Translations under genes and position numbers: made by a program | Origin: an uncultured virus (IMG/VR IMGVR_UViG_3300035670_000166) | Taxonomy: Duplodnaviria > Heunggongvirae > Uroviricota > Caudoviricetes | Strand: one strand, 5' to 3' | DNA: 64,000 bases | Virus record (IMG/VR): IMGVR_UViG_3300035670_000166 | Notes under the pieces: generated by a model | Told to the model about the DNA's origin: nothing | Databases searched by the model: none | The model's input: only the letters and a program-made list of their open reading frames with translations | Part shown: positions 27,128 to 35,755 of the stretch, piece by piece | How the letters are laid out: the number at the start of each line of letters is the position of its first letter | Position numbering within the stretch: position 1 is the stretch's first letter

Positions 27128-27398
27128 CCCCACCTTCAACCTGCTTCAACTCGCCTCGCGCCCCAACTGGTACGACCACCTCTCCCAGGTCGAGGCCGCC
27201 ATGGCTGAGCAAGACCGCATCGACGGTGCCCGCTGGCGCGCCGGATGGACCGGCGACGAGGGCGGCTGGTACGCCCCCTGCGGCATGCACGAATCCGATT
27301 GGGAACTCGAGGGCTACCCCTTCCCGGAAGACCCCGAGTTCCCCGCCTGGGCCGCAGCCTTCTACCACTACGACACCCTCGACGCTGCCGCCCCATGA
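27120..27398 (+). CDS. Hypothetical protein
   Basis: Trp-rich, acidic, 92 aa; overlapping start and stop. Confidence 0.55.
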   Translation: MTDPTFNLLQLASRPNWYDHLSQVEAAMAEQDRIDGARWRAGWTGDEGGWYAPCGMHESDWELEGYPFPEDPEFPAWAAAFYHYDTLDAAAP

Positions 27399-28180
27399 AG
27401 TTCCACCTCCCCTCGCTCCAGGCGGTGGCCCACATCGCCTCCGCCTCCCAGAAGGAGCGCTACCCCTTGCGCCTGGTGCAGGTCGTGCGCCGCCCCGGGG
27501 GCGGCCACCGCTACCTCGCCACCTGCGATGGCCACATCGCCATCGCCTGCGACCACCGCTGCGAGCAGACCGTCTCCGTGACGCGCGCCGGCACTTACGC
27601 CACGGAGCAACACCGCGTCCCCCTCGAAGACACCAAGCTCCCCGAGGGCGTCGTCACCTTGATCTGGGCTGACAGCGTCCCCAAGCGCAAACCCACCCAG
27701 CGCGAGATCGCCGACGACAGCGCCTGGATCCCCGAGAGCGATCTCCAAACCTGGCGCATCCTCGACGGTGACACCCGCCTCGAGATGCTGCCCGGCGACC
27801 GCATCCCCGGCGATCCGCACACCTCGACCCTGCTCGAGATCCCCCGCCTGCACAAGCTCCTGCGCGAGTTCGTCCCCGGTAACTACACCGCCGGTACCTC
27901 GGCCCGCGTGAACGGCCGCTACCTCGGCCTGCTCTCCCGTGCTTCGGAGCTCCTCGCCCGGGCCGTGCTCGTCAAGAGCATCCACGGCGACCTCTACGGC
28001 GACACGCCGTCGCTCGAGTTCTTCACCGACCACCCCCTCGAAGGCGCCCCGGTCCTCGTCGACCTCACCGCCCAGCGCTGGGACGACCCCGACGCCTTCA
28101 CCGCCTGGGCGCAACTCATGCCCATCCAACGCCGCCGCGAAGGCATCCGCGGCAAACAATCCCTCGCCGCAGTCGCATGA
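27395..28180 (+). CDS. Beta sliding-clamp-like protein (partial DnaN-like fold)
   Basis: A.....ERYPLRLV......LATCDGH resembles the clamp R..L.GV...ATDGH motif; later NGRYL and a C-terminal LMP. Confidence 0.45.
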   Translation: MKFHLPSLQAVAHIASASQKERYPLRLVQVVRRPGGGHRYLATCDGHIAIACDHRCEQTVSVTRAGTYATEQHRVPLEDTKLPEGVVTLIWADSVPKRKPTQREIADDSAWIPESDLQTWRILDGDTRLEMLPGDRIPGDPHTSTLLEIPRLHKLLREFVPGNYTAGTSARVNGRYLGLLSRASELLARAVLVKSIHGDLYGDTPSLEFFTDHPLEGAPVLVDLTAQRWDDPDAFTAWAQLMPIQRRREGIRGKQSLAAVA

Positions 28181-28362
28181 TCCACCCCCATTCCCGGCGC
28201 TCCAGCCAGCGCGTCACGATCACCGTTCCCTTCCACGTCCACGAGCGCATCTGCAGCATTGCTAACGAGCAGGGCCGCTCCAACTCGAATCTCATGGCCT
28301 ACATGCTCGAGCGCGCCGTTGAGATCCTTTTCCCCTCGTCTGACTCAACCCGTTTAGGTTGA
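28177..28362 (+). CDS. Arc-like ribbon-helix-helix protein
   Basis: RVTITVP..VHERI...A..QGRS.SNL.AY.LE. Confidence 0.7.
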   Translation: MIHPHSRRSSQRVTITVPFHVHERICSIANEQGRSNSNLMAYMLERAVEILFPSSDSTRLG

Positions 28363-28446
28363 GCTCTCGCCCCAACCCCTCTAGTCTTGCCCCGAGGGGC
28401 GCGCCTCGGCACAACGCGCACTCATCTACGCAGCCAATCGACTCAA

Positions 28447-29520
28447 GTGACTTTCACCGCCAACCGCGTCAGCACCTCCTACGCCGCCGACGGCACCGGC
28501 CCGCTGGTCTACGGCCGCTACCGCGACAAGGGCTACGCCGTGAACCCGCTCATCGGCCGCGTAGGCACCATGGTCCCCGAGAACGTCACCGCCCGTGACG
28601 CCTTCGAGATCGCCGGCCTCAACTGGACCGCCGACAAGCGCCCCGCGTTCTTCATGGGACCGGACGGCCCGATGCAGTCCTTCGAGCACTGCTCCATCGT
28701 CCGCAGCGACACCGACGCCCTGCTCGGCATCCACGGCTCCGGCTACACCCCGGTGCAGAACGACGCCTTGATCAACCTCCTCGACTACCTCCACGAGGAC
28801 GTCACCATCGAGAACGTCCTCTCGATCCGTGACGGCCGCAAGGTGTTCGCCACCGCCTCAATCGACACCGAGGACGAGGTCGTCCCCGGCGACAAGGTGC
28901 GCCGCTACTTGCATCTGTTCAACTCCCATGACGGGAGCTCCGGCTTCGGCGTGTTCTTCAGCGACGTCCGCCTGCGCTGCGCCAACCAGCTCGCCTATCT
29001 CACCGGCAAAGCGGTGGGCAAAGCCGTCGCCAAGGGCGCCGGGCTCCGCGCCAAGCACACCGCATCCGTCACGCAGTTCGCCGAGCGCCTCCCGCTGCTG
29101 ATCGATCTGGAGCGCCGGAGCTTCCGCCAATCCATCAACGAACTGCGCGACCTCACCAACGTGCAACTCACCACCGAGATCGCCCGTCGCGTCCTCGAGA
29201 CCACCTACGCCGACAAGCTCGCCACCCCTTACAAGGACAAGTCCGGTGCCACCCGTCCCCGCACCCTCGGTGACATCCCCGAGGTCGCCACGATCCGCAG
29301 CCACTACGCGGGCGAAACCGGCCTAGGGATCCGCGACATCCCCGGCGTGGCCGGCACCGTCTATGGCCTGTTCAACGCCATCACCCAGGCCGAAACACAC
29401 GACGTCGGCCGCGCCAAAGACGAAACCGAGCGCGCCCGCATCCGCCTGGAGTCTCTCTGGGGTGGCACAAGCGCGAAGCGCATCGATCAAGCGCGGCAAG
29501 CTTGTCTTGCCCTTGTGTGA
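28447..29520 (+). CDS. DUF932/DUF945-family phage protein
   Basis: AGLNW, Y.PVQN, YLHLFNSHDGSS, VRLRCANQL, KHT, GTVYGLFNAIT. Confidence 0.85.
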   Translation: MTFTANRVSTSYAADGTGPLVYGRYRDKGYAVNPLIGRVGTMVPENVTARDAFEIAGLNWTADKRPAFFMGPDGPMQSFEHCSIVRSDTDALLGIHGSGYTPVQNDALINLLDYLHEDVTIENVLSIRDGRKVFATASIDTEDEVVPGDKVRRYLHLFNSHDGSSGFGVFFSDVRLRCANQLAYLTGKAVGKAVAKGAGLRAKHTASVTQFAERLPLLIDLERRSFRQSINELRDLTNVQLTTEIARRVLETTYADKLATPYKDKSGATRPRTLGDIPEVATIRSHYAGETGLGIRDIPGVAGTVYGLFNAITQAETHDVGRAKDETERARIRLESLWGGTSAKRIDQARQACLALV

Positions 29521-29524
29521 TTTC

Positions 29525-29542
29525 GGGGCTTTAGCCCCTTTT
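29525..29542 (+). terminator. Terminator-like hairpin
   Basis: GGGGCT-TT-AGCCCC plus TTTT. Confidence 0.55.
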
Positions 29543-29571
29543 ATCCACACAATTCTTTCACTCTTTCTCTA

Positions 29572-29865
29572 ATGTCCGAAAGCAACATCATCGTTACTAA
29601 GAACCAAAGCCTGATCGCTTGGCTCAATGACAAGGGCGTCAAAGCACCCGTGCTCGAGTACGCCAACCCTGGTGATGTCGCGCACCGTCACGTCTACGGC
29701 ATCGTCCCCTACTGGATGGCCGCCTTCGCCGAGTGCGTCTCCGAAGTCACCATGCCCGGCCTTGACCGCGCTGACCGCGACCGCTTCAACCGCGGTGTCC
29801 TCTCCGTCCAAGAGATGGACGCCGCAGGCGCCGAGCTCGTCACCTACCGGGTGCGCCGCGTTTGA
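29572..29865 (+). CDS. Csx16-like protein (candidate anti-type-III CRISPR ring nuclease or cOA binder)
   Basis: IVT....I.WL...G......P.DV....V.G.VP..MAA...LS..EM.AAGA.L..YRV follows the Csx16 (Cas_VVA1548) pattern as recalled. Confidence 0.55.
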   Translation: MSESNIIVTKNQSLIAWLNDKGVKAPVLEYANPGDVAHRHVYGIVPYWMAAFAECVSEVTMPGLDRADRDRFNRGVLSVQEMDAAGAELVTYRVRRV

Positions 29866-30030
29866 GAAAAACGCCCTGGGCTCTCACCCCCAGGGCGGAT
29901 CATCCACGCAGGTCGCTGTGAGTTCACCGAGCCTGCGCGCTCCCACCCTATGGGAAGCGCGGCAGAATGACCAAGCGGGCCCTGCCCTCAGCCGCACCAA
30001 CCCGCACCGCGTTCTTCACCGCCCGTCGAC

Positions 30031-30216
30031 ATGGACACATCCATGGCAGGTTTCGCTGCGTATGAACTAATGCAGATCACCACAGGAATAGCGCTTTACA
30101 CCACCTTTGCTACAGCCAATGAAATCCTAAAAGCCAATGCAAATCTCAAACAACGTGGCATCGATTCCCGCTTTGTTCCTGCAGGATCCTTTGTCATGCC
30201 GTCACTACACCACTAG
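30031..30216 (+). CDS. Hypothetical protein
   Basis: 61 aa; EILKANANL. Confidence 0.5.
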   Translation: MDTSMAGFAAYELMQITTGIALYTTFATANEILKANANLKQRGIDSRFVPAGSFVMPSLHH

Positions 30217-30220
30217 GTAT

Positions 30221-30412
30221 GTGATTCGCACCGAGGCCGGCTTCCTCGCCGCCTGCACCGGCATCGGTGGCGTCCCTGTCGAAGAGGTCTCAGACCCCTT
30301 CGCCGCGGTCCGCTTCGCGGATCTGGACACCGCCGGCCTACGTGCCCGAGCCCTTCTCAAGCTCGGTTGGTCCAACCTCCGCATCGTGGCGCTCCGCGCT
30401 CCGCTGTTCTGA
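30221..30412 (+). CDS. Hypothetical protein (start uncertain)
   Basis: Coding-like codon usage from about 30220. Confidence 0.45.
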   Translation: MIRTEAGFLAACTGIGGVPVEEVSDPFAAVRFADLDTAGLRARALLKLGWSNLRIVALRAPLF

Positions 30413-30432
30413 AATCATCCACGCATCTCGTC

Positions 30433-30621
30433 ATGACTCAATCGTTCTGGACTTCACTCGCCTCGTATTGCCAAGAGCTCGCCCCTGTCGCCGGCCCTCT
30501 GCTTAGCGCCGTCGGTGACACCGCCGAGGCTGTCGACCGCGCCGGTCGCCAGACGAAGTCACTCCGCGCCTCCTCGCGCACGCTCAAGGCAGACCTCCTG
30601 GCCACCGAGGACGACTTCTAA
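30433..30621 (+). CDS. Hypothetical protein
   Basis: ATG 30433 after the TCATCCACGCA leader. Confidence 0.5.
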   Translation: MTQSFWTSLASYCQELAPVAGPLLSAVGDTAEAVDRAGRQTKSLRASSRTLKADLLATEDDF

Positions 30622-30642
30622 TCACCCCATCGCACCCTGTTC

Positions 30643-30825
30643 ATGTCTGAGACCACTCCCCACTCGTTCATGCCAGGGTGCGACCCCCTGGTGCAGTTGG
30701 CCCGCACCGAGCTCCTCGACACGCTCTACGCCTACGACGGCCGCGATCGGAGCGACCACCCACTGCACCACACCTACACGGGCCTCTGGCAGAAGTACGT
30801 CGGCAGCACCTACGAGGTCGCATGA
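30643..30825 (+). CDS. Hypothetical cyanophage-type protein
   Basis: LD.LY..DGR....HP.H.TYTGLW pattern. Confidence 0.6.
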   Translation: MSETTPHSFMPGCDPLVQLARTELLDTLYAYDGRDRSDHPLHHTYTGLWQKYVGSTYEVA

Positions 30826-31004
30826 ACCCAGGCGATCTCCTTGTCGATTACTACGTCGACGCCCACGGCCACGACTGTTACCGGATCTGCATCCCCGAGA
30901 GCGGCCCTTGTTCCATCGTCTCCTCCGCCCATCTCATCGATGAGCGCAAGACGCAACTCCTCCGCATGTATCCCCAATGCCACCCGTCATCGTCTTCGGA
31001 TTGA
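30822..31004 (+). CDS. Hypothetical protein
   Basis: CS.VSS.HL...K..QL pattern; ATGA overlap. Confidence 0.55.
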   Translation: MNPGDLLVDYYVDAHGHDCYRICIPESGPCSIVSSAHLIDERKTQLLRMYPQCHPSSSSD

Positions 31005-31053
31005 CCTGGCTCCTGGGAATCCTCGCCGTCACGATCTACCTCACTCAACTCGC

Positions 31054-31176
31054 ATGAAGCGCTACGCCGTCCTCGCCATCGCCCTGGGCATCGTCCTCGG
31101 CGCTGGCGCCCGCTGGGCCACTTCACCCTGGCGTCCCACACAATCCCCCCACGCCCCTGACACCTGGGAGCACTGA
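31054..31176 (+). CDS. Small membrane peptide
   Basis: MKRYAVLAIALGIVLGAGA; TGATG-coupled to the next gene. Confidence 0.4.
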   Translation: MKRYAVLAIALGIVLGAGARWATSPWRPTQSPHAPDTWEH

Positions 31177-31520
31177 TGCGGTGCAACAGCTGTGGCGCAC
31201 TCACGCGCGTCATCAACACGGAACACCGTGACGACGGCACGCACAGATGGCTTCGCTGCACGTCCTGCAGAAGCCTGCTTCGCACCCTCGAGACCTACAT
31301 AGGCCCTAAGAAGCCGGGACCTAGCCCAGGAACTCCCCGAAACGGAGTCACGGCAAAGGGCTCCCGAAACGCAGCTTCTGTACTCACTGAGAACGACGTC
31401 AACCGACTGCGCCAGTCGGCCGCCGATGGCGTCATGCAGAAAGAGCTGGCCCGGAGCTATGGCATCGCCCCGGCCACCGTTTCTCGCATCATTACCCGCA
31501 AGACTTGGACCCACATCTAA
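31176..31520 (+). CDS. Zinc-ribbon plus HTH protein
   Basis: MRCNSCG..TRV..T.......R.LRCTSC....RT.E (NrdR-type ribbon); C-terminal QKELARSYGIAPATVSRII...W HTH. Confidence 0.75.
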   Translation: MRCNSCGALTRVINTEHRDDGTHRWLRCTSCRSLLRTLETYIGPKKPGPSPGTPRNGVTAKGSRNAASVLTENDVNRLRQSAADGVMQKELARSYGIAPATVSRIITRKTWTHI

Positions 31521-32101
31521 TGCTGAAAAACGACATCTGGATCCGCGTCCGCGCTGCTGGCGGCATGATCCAACCCTTCGAGCCTGACCTCATCCGCCAG
31601 ATCGAAGACCGCAAGTTGTTGAGCTATGGCTGCAGCTCCTACGGCTACGACCTTCGCCTGTCACCCCGCGAATTCCTTGTGTTCCGCCACGTCCCCGGCA
31701 CCGTGATGGATCCCAAGGACTTCAACCCCGCCAACCTGGAGGCCGTCCCCTTGCACGAGGACGAGCGCGGCAGCTACTTCATCCTCCCTGGCCACAGCTA
31801 CGGCCTGGGCGTCGCCCTGGAGTACCTCGCCATCCCCTCGAGCATCACCTGCCTGTTCATAGGTAAATCCACCTACGCCCGCATGGGCGTGATCGCCAAT
31901 ACGACCCCGGGCGAAGCCGGCTGGAAAGGCCACCTCACCCTGGAGTTCAGCAACTCCTCCGGCGCCGACTGCCGCATCTACGCGAATGAAGGCATCGTCC
32001 AAGCACTGTTCTTTGAGGGCGAACCCTGCGCCGTCTCCTACGAGAACCGCGAAGGCAAGTATCAAAACCAACCCGAGAGCGTCACCTTGGCGCGGGTTTA
32101 G
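31520..32101 (+). CDS. dcd: dCTP deaminase
   Basis: SYGCSSYGYDLR, GKSTYAR, EAGW.G.LTLE, YANEG..Q, YENREGKYQ.Q. Confidence 0.92.
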   Translation: MLKNDIWIRVRAAGGMIQPFEPDLIRQIEDRKLLSYGCSSYGYDLRLSPREFLVFRHVPGTVMDPKDFNPANLEAVPLHEDERGSYFILPGHSYGLGVALEYLAIPSSITCLFIGKSTYARMGVIANTTPGEAGWKGHLTLEFSNSSGADCRIYANEGIVQALFFEGEPCAVSYENREGKYQNQPESVTLARV

Positions 32102-32125
32102 ATCTACACACTACGAGGTTTAACG

Positions 32126-32452
32126 ATGACTCAGCAACACCCAATTACCCCACCGCCGGAGCTTATAGAGAAGTGGATACAAGTTCACACCACCAAGTAC
32201 GATTTAGCCCGTAAAGCCGCCCAATGGGGTTCAGACCAGGAGCTGGAGGCGTGCTGTGAGTGGGTCAAAAGCAAGCAGACCTATTGGGCACACGACGAAC
32301 TCCGCGCCGCACGCCGGCCCAAGCCAAAGAGCTTGAACAGCATCGCGATGCAGATGCTGGGGACGATTGAGCGCGATGGCCACTACATCCCCGAGATAAC
32401 TGACACCATACGCCGCGCACTGGAGCAACTTCCCGACAACAAGGAAAGCTAA
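32126..32452 (+). CDS. Hypothetical cyanophage-type protein
   Basis: HPITPPPEL, AAQWG.DQELEACCEW, LRAARRPKP, DTIRRALEQLP. Confidence 0.65.
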   Translation: MTQQHPITPPPELIEKWIQVHTTKYDLARKAAQWGSDQELEACCEWVKSKQTYWAHDELRAARRPKPKSLNSIAMQMLGTIERDGHYIPEITDTIRRALEQLPDNKES

Positions 32453-32610
32453 TGGCCTTTTCGTTTTACTTTGCCGTTTTAGTTGCAGTAGCCTGCAGCG
32501 CTCTTGTTATTGTTCTTAGTGGCTTTGCAGTTTTTGTGTGGCTGCAAGTTCTTAATGAGCTAGAAGAGCGTCGTGCTCGCAAGAGGCGACAACGTGAATC
32601 CAGCTTCTGA
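32452..32610 (+). CDS. Small membrane protein (52 aa)
   Basis: TAATG coupling; long hydrophobic stretch followed by a basic tail. Confidence 0.45.
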   Translation: MAFSFYFAVLVAVACSALVIVLSGFAVFVWLQVLNELEERRARKRRQRESSF

Positions 32611-32644
32611 TGTTTTAGCAACCCTTGTAGTCACCTTCACTTCT

Positions 32645-32878
32645 ATGTCTGAACTTTCACCCGCCGCGCAAGCAGTGCTGAATGCCGTGACGCTTACGCG
32701 CTACGACGTGCCGTATTACGCCTGTCCGAAGTCGATCGACCAGATCAAATCCGATGTCGCCGCCGCTTTGCGAGCTGCTGCAGATCAGGTTTTGCCGGGA
32801 TCTCCGGCCATGATTCCGAGCCTGTTGATGGTGCGCTATCGCCTCCTCGCCATCGCCACCGAGATCGAAGCCCAGTAG
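32645..32878 (+). CDS. Hypothetical cyanophage-type protein
   Basis: LSPAAQAVL..AAALRAAADQV...LLAIA.E.E. Confidence 0.6.
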   Translation: MSELSPAAQAVLNAVTLTRYDVPYYACPKSIDQIKSDVAAALRAAADQVLPGSPAMIPSLLMVRYRLLAIATEIEAQ

Positions 32879-32934
32879 GCATCTCCCCAGCCCTTTCCCA
32901 CCCCCGCCCCCCCCCCCCCCATAACGTCATAACG

Positions 32935-33204
32935 ATGTCGTCAAAGCGCCTCGAAACCAAAGTCTTCCTCACCCCAGAAGAACGCCTCCGCCTCGACACC
33001 GAAGCCGCAGCGCTCCTCATCCCCCGCGGTCAACTCATCCGCGAGCGAGCCCTAGGTAAGGCTCCGGCGCCTCGCCCTACACCTCGCGCCTACGCCCAGG
33101 CCGTCGAGAACGCCGCTCGTGTTGTTTCCGGCGTACCACGCCCGCATCTCGAAGCCATCGTTGCTTCAGTGGTGACAACCCTGGCGCAGTCCGATGCGGC
33201 TTAA
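32935..33204 (+). CDS. RHH-like DNA-binding protein
   Basis: KVFLTPEER..L..EA......RGQLIRERAL. Confidence 0.55.
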   Translation: MSSKRLETKVFLTPEERLRLDTEAAALLIPRGQLIRERALGKAPAPRPTPRAYAQAVENAARVVSGVPRPHLEAIVASVVTTLAQSDAA

Positions 33205-33421
33205 CGAGCACTATTCCCTGCCCCATTTAGTAGCAACATTCAAACGCGCAGCCGCCCTCCATCCCGAGGACGATTGCATCGAGCACGGGCTTCGTGCCGT
33301 TCTCCACGACGTCACCGACGCCGCTCGCCTTGCTGCTGCCCGAGACCTGCTGCGCTACGACCACCGCTCCCTTTATGAGTTCTGCGCAGCGCTCGAATAC
33401 GCCATGCGCAAACCTACCTAG
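33194..33421 (+). CDS. Hypothetical protein
   Basis: 75 aa ORF overlapping the upstream gene. Confidence 0.5.
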   Translation: MRLNEHYSLPHLVATFKRAAALHPEDDCIEHGLRAVLHDVTDAARLAAARDLLRYDHRSLYEFCAALEYAMRKPT

Positions 33422-33460
33422 ACTCGGAACGTATCAGCCATAAGCAGTACAAATCCGCAC

Positions 33461-33937
33461 ATGCCGAGGACGAATCCATCGCCGATCGACGGCCTCCGTG
33501 AGCAAGAACGCATGGCGGCAGAACTTCTCGCCCGCGGAAAGAACTGCCGTGAAGTCTCTCGAGCTTTAGGTATTAGCGAACGCGCTCTTTACAACTGGCG
33601 TAAAAAGCCCGTTGTTCAACGTGCTATTTACACTCTCCAACAAGAACTAATCGATACCAGCGAGTCGCGTGGCCTCGCCCTCATGCCCGAGGCGATCTCC
33701 ACGTTGACCGAGATCATGAACGACCCCAACGCAAGGGCATCCGACCGCATCGCCGCCTCTCGCGCCTTGCTCAACGGCGCCGCCGCCTACCAGGAGCGCA
33801 AGATGCTCGAGCGCACGGTGTCCGACCTCGAGCACCAGATGTACGGACTTCTCCAGATCCCCAGCGAAGAGGTCAAAGAATCCCCCGAGGACGAGTACCC
33901 CGAGCTGCTGCGAAGCGCTGACCCCGAGGACGAATGA
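33461..33937 (+). CDS. terS: Terminase small subunit (N-terminal HTH)
   Basis: REVSRALGISERALYNWRK HTH; immediately upstream of and coupled to TerL. Confidence 0.75.
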   Translation: MPRTNPSPIDGLREQERMAAELLARGKNCREVSRALGISERALYNWRKKPVVQRAIYTLQQELIDTSESRGLALMPEAISTLTEIMNDPNARASDRIAASRALLNGAAAYQERKMLERTVSDLEHQMYGLLQIPSEEVKESPEDEYPELLRSADPEDE

Positions 33938-35415
33938 CCGCCTCCCTCGCGCAGCTGCAGCGCCGGGCCGACAAGCTCCGCCTCGAGCTCGCCCGCCGCA
34001 AGGCGCGCTCCGCCAACTTTGACCCCGCTGTCGCCCCGACGAAGCTCCCCGGCGTGGAGGACTGGCCCGCCTTCGCCAAGCGCACCTGGATCCGCACGAG
34101 CGGCACCGTGGCCCCCTTTGTCCCTTACGAGTACCAAGAGGCGCTGGTGCGCTCCATCAACGAGCACCCCAACACGATCATCAACAAGTCGCGCCAGATG
34201 GGCGCCTCGGAGACGGTCTGCTCCTACCTGCTCTGCCGGGCGCTCACCGAGCGCGGCTTCGCAGCGGTGATTTTCTCCAAGACGCAGCAGGACGCCTCCG
34301 AGCTCGGCCGCCGTGTGCGCGCCATGGCGAACAGCATCGAGGGCGAAGCGATCCGCTACTTAACGGACTCCAACACGCAGATCGCCATCGAAGGGCGTGG
34401 CACGTTGTACTTCCTCCCGGCTTCTCCTCGCGCCGCCCGCGGTATCCCCAGCTGCTCCGTCCTCTTCATGGACGAAGGCGCCTTCCTCGACGGCGCTGCC
34501 GAGATCTACCGAGGCGCCATGCCCACGCTCTCCATGGTGGGCGACGCGGCCAAGGTGATCGTCACCTCGACACCCGACACCGAGCTCGATTGGTTCGGTC
34601 AGCTCTGGCACCAAGGCACCCCCGAGGACTGGTACGACTACGTCCGCCGCCGCGAGATCGAAGCGCTCAACACGCGCCTCGCCCTGGTGAACGACAGCTG
34701 GAACCGCGTCGCGATCCACTACTCACAGCACCCGATCTACGGCCACGACCCCCAGTGGGCCCGGAAGACCCGCGAATCGCGCCGGATGACCCAGGCCGCA
34801 TGGGACTCCGAGTACGAGCTGGCGTTCGGCGCGACCGACACCCAGGTGTTCCCATCGGAACTGGTGCGCCGCGCCACCCGAGGCCACTGGCGTGAGTGTG
34901 GCTCCGTCGGCCGCACCTACGTGATCGGTGTCGACCCCAACGCCGGTGGCAACGATTACTTCACAGCGATCGTGCTGGACATCACCGAAACGCCCTACGA
35001 GGTCGTTGGCATGTACCACGAGAACGGCAAGAGCACCGATTACAGCTTGCGCCATGTGAAAAGCCTCATCGAGGATTACCTTCCAGAGCGGGTAATCGTG
35101 GAGAAACAAGCAATGGGCGCTGTGATCGCAGAAGCGCTCTCCACTGCTTTGCCCAAATATGCTATCGAAACCTTCAACACCAGCCGCCCTAGCAAGATCG
35201 TTGCTACCGATCGCATCCTATTCCTGATGGAACACGACGACTTGATTTTCCCCGAGGGCGCCATTCCTAATGAGCTTCGCGCTTTCCAACAGAAAGAATC
35301 CGGCCAACGAGAAGCTGCATCTGGAGCACACGACGATTGCGTCATGGCTCTAGCGTTCGCCTGTCACGCCATTCCAGAGACTCCAAATACTGCAGGATTC
35401 TTCGCTCACATTTAA
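33934..35415 (+). CDS. terL: Terminase large subunit
   Basis: PYEYQ, KSRQMGAS (Walker A), LFMDE (Walker B), STP, IGVD, HDD.VMALA nuclease motif. Confidence 0.95.
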   Translation: MTASLAQLQRRADKLRLELARRKARSANFDPAVAPTKLPGVEDWPAFAKRTWIRTSGTVAPFVPYEYQEALVRSINEHPNTIINKSRQMGASETVCSYLLCRALTERGFAAVIFSKTQQDASELGRRVRAMANSIEGEAIRYLTDSNTQIAIEGRGTLYFLPASPRAARGIPSCSVLFMDEGAFLDGAAEIYRGAMPTLSMVGDAAKVIVTSTPDTELDWFGQLWHQGTPEDWYDYVRRREIEALNTRLALVNDSWNRVAIHYSQHPIYGHDPQWARKTRESRRMTQAAWDSEYELAFGATDTQVFPSELVRRATRGHWRECGSVGRTYVIGVDPNAGGNDYFTAIVLDITETPYEVVGMYHENGKSTDYSLRHVKSLIEDYLPERVIVEKQAMGAVIAEALSTALPKYAIETFNTSRPSKIVATDRILFLMEHDDLIFPEGAIPNELRAFQQKESGQREAASGAHDDCVMALAFACHAIPETPNTAGFFAHI

Positions 35416-35419
35416 TTGT

Positions 35420-35692
35420 ATGCCATATTACCGCAAACGCATGAGTGATAAGGACTTCTACTTATCGCAAGCGCGCCGTCCATTACGCAAAGACGCCTTC
35501 TCTCGCTTTCGCGGCGTGACCAAAGGTACTGCCACGCATCCCTATCGAGCTGCTATCACTCACATGGGAGTGCGCTACCAGATTGGCGTCTACACCTGTG
35601 AAATCGAAGCCGCCCGTGCCTACAACGAAGCTGCCTTGCGCATTGTTGGGGACTACGCGATCCTCAACGACATCCCGAGTCCGGGGGCTTAG
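35420..35692 (+). CDS. Stand-alone AP2 DNA-binding domain protein
   Basis: SRFRGV......YRAAI......IG.Y..EIEAARAYNEAA....G.YA.LN. Confidence 0.8.
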   Translation: MPYYRKRMSDKDFYLSQARRPLRKDAFSRFRGVTKGTATHPYRAAITHMGVRYQIGVYTCEIEAARAYNEAALRIVGDYAILNDIPSPGA

Positions 35693-35755
35693 CTATCTGG
35701 TGAAAGCAGCCGACTCATAATCGGCCTCAGGCGAGTTCGATCCTCGCAGCCCCCA
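35683..35755 (+). tRNA. tRNA with CAT anticodon (probably Ile2, possibly Met)
   Basis: GGGGGCT/AGCCCCC acceptor, D-arm with TGG, GCCGA-CTCATAA-TCGGC anticodon arm, GCGAG-TTCGATC-CTCGC T-arm, discriminator A. Confidence 0.9.

Noticed and set aside
29541..29549. Perfect DnaA box TTATCCACA
   Set aside because: Single copy with no cluster or AT-rich unwinding region; better explained as a variant of the TYATCYACRCA leader motif
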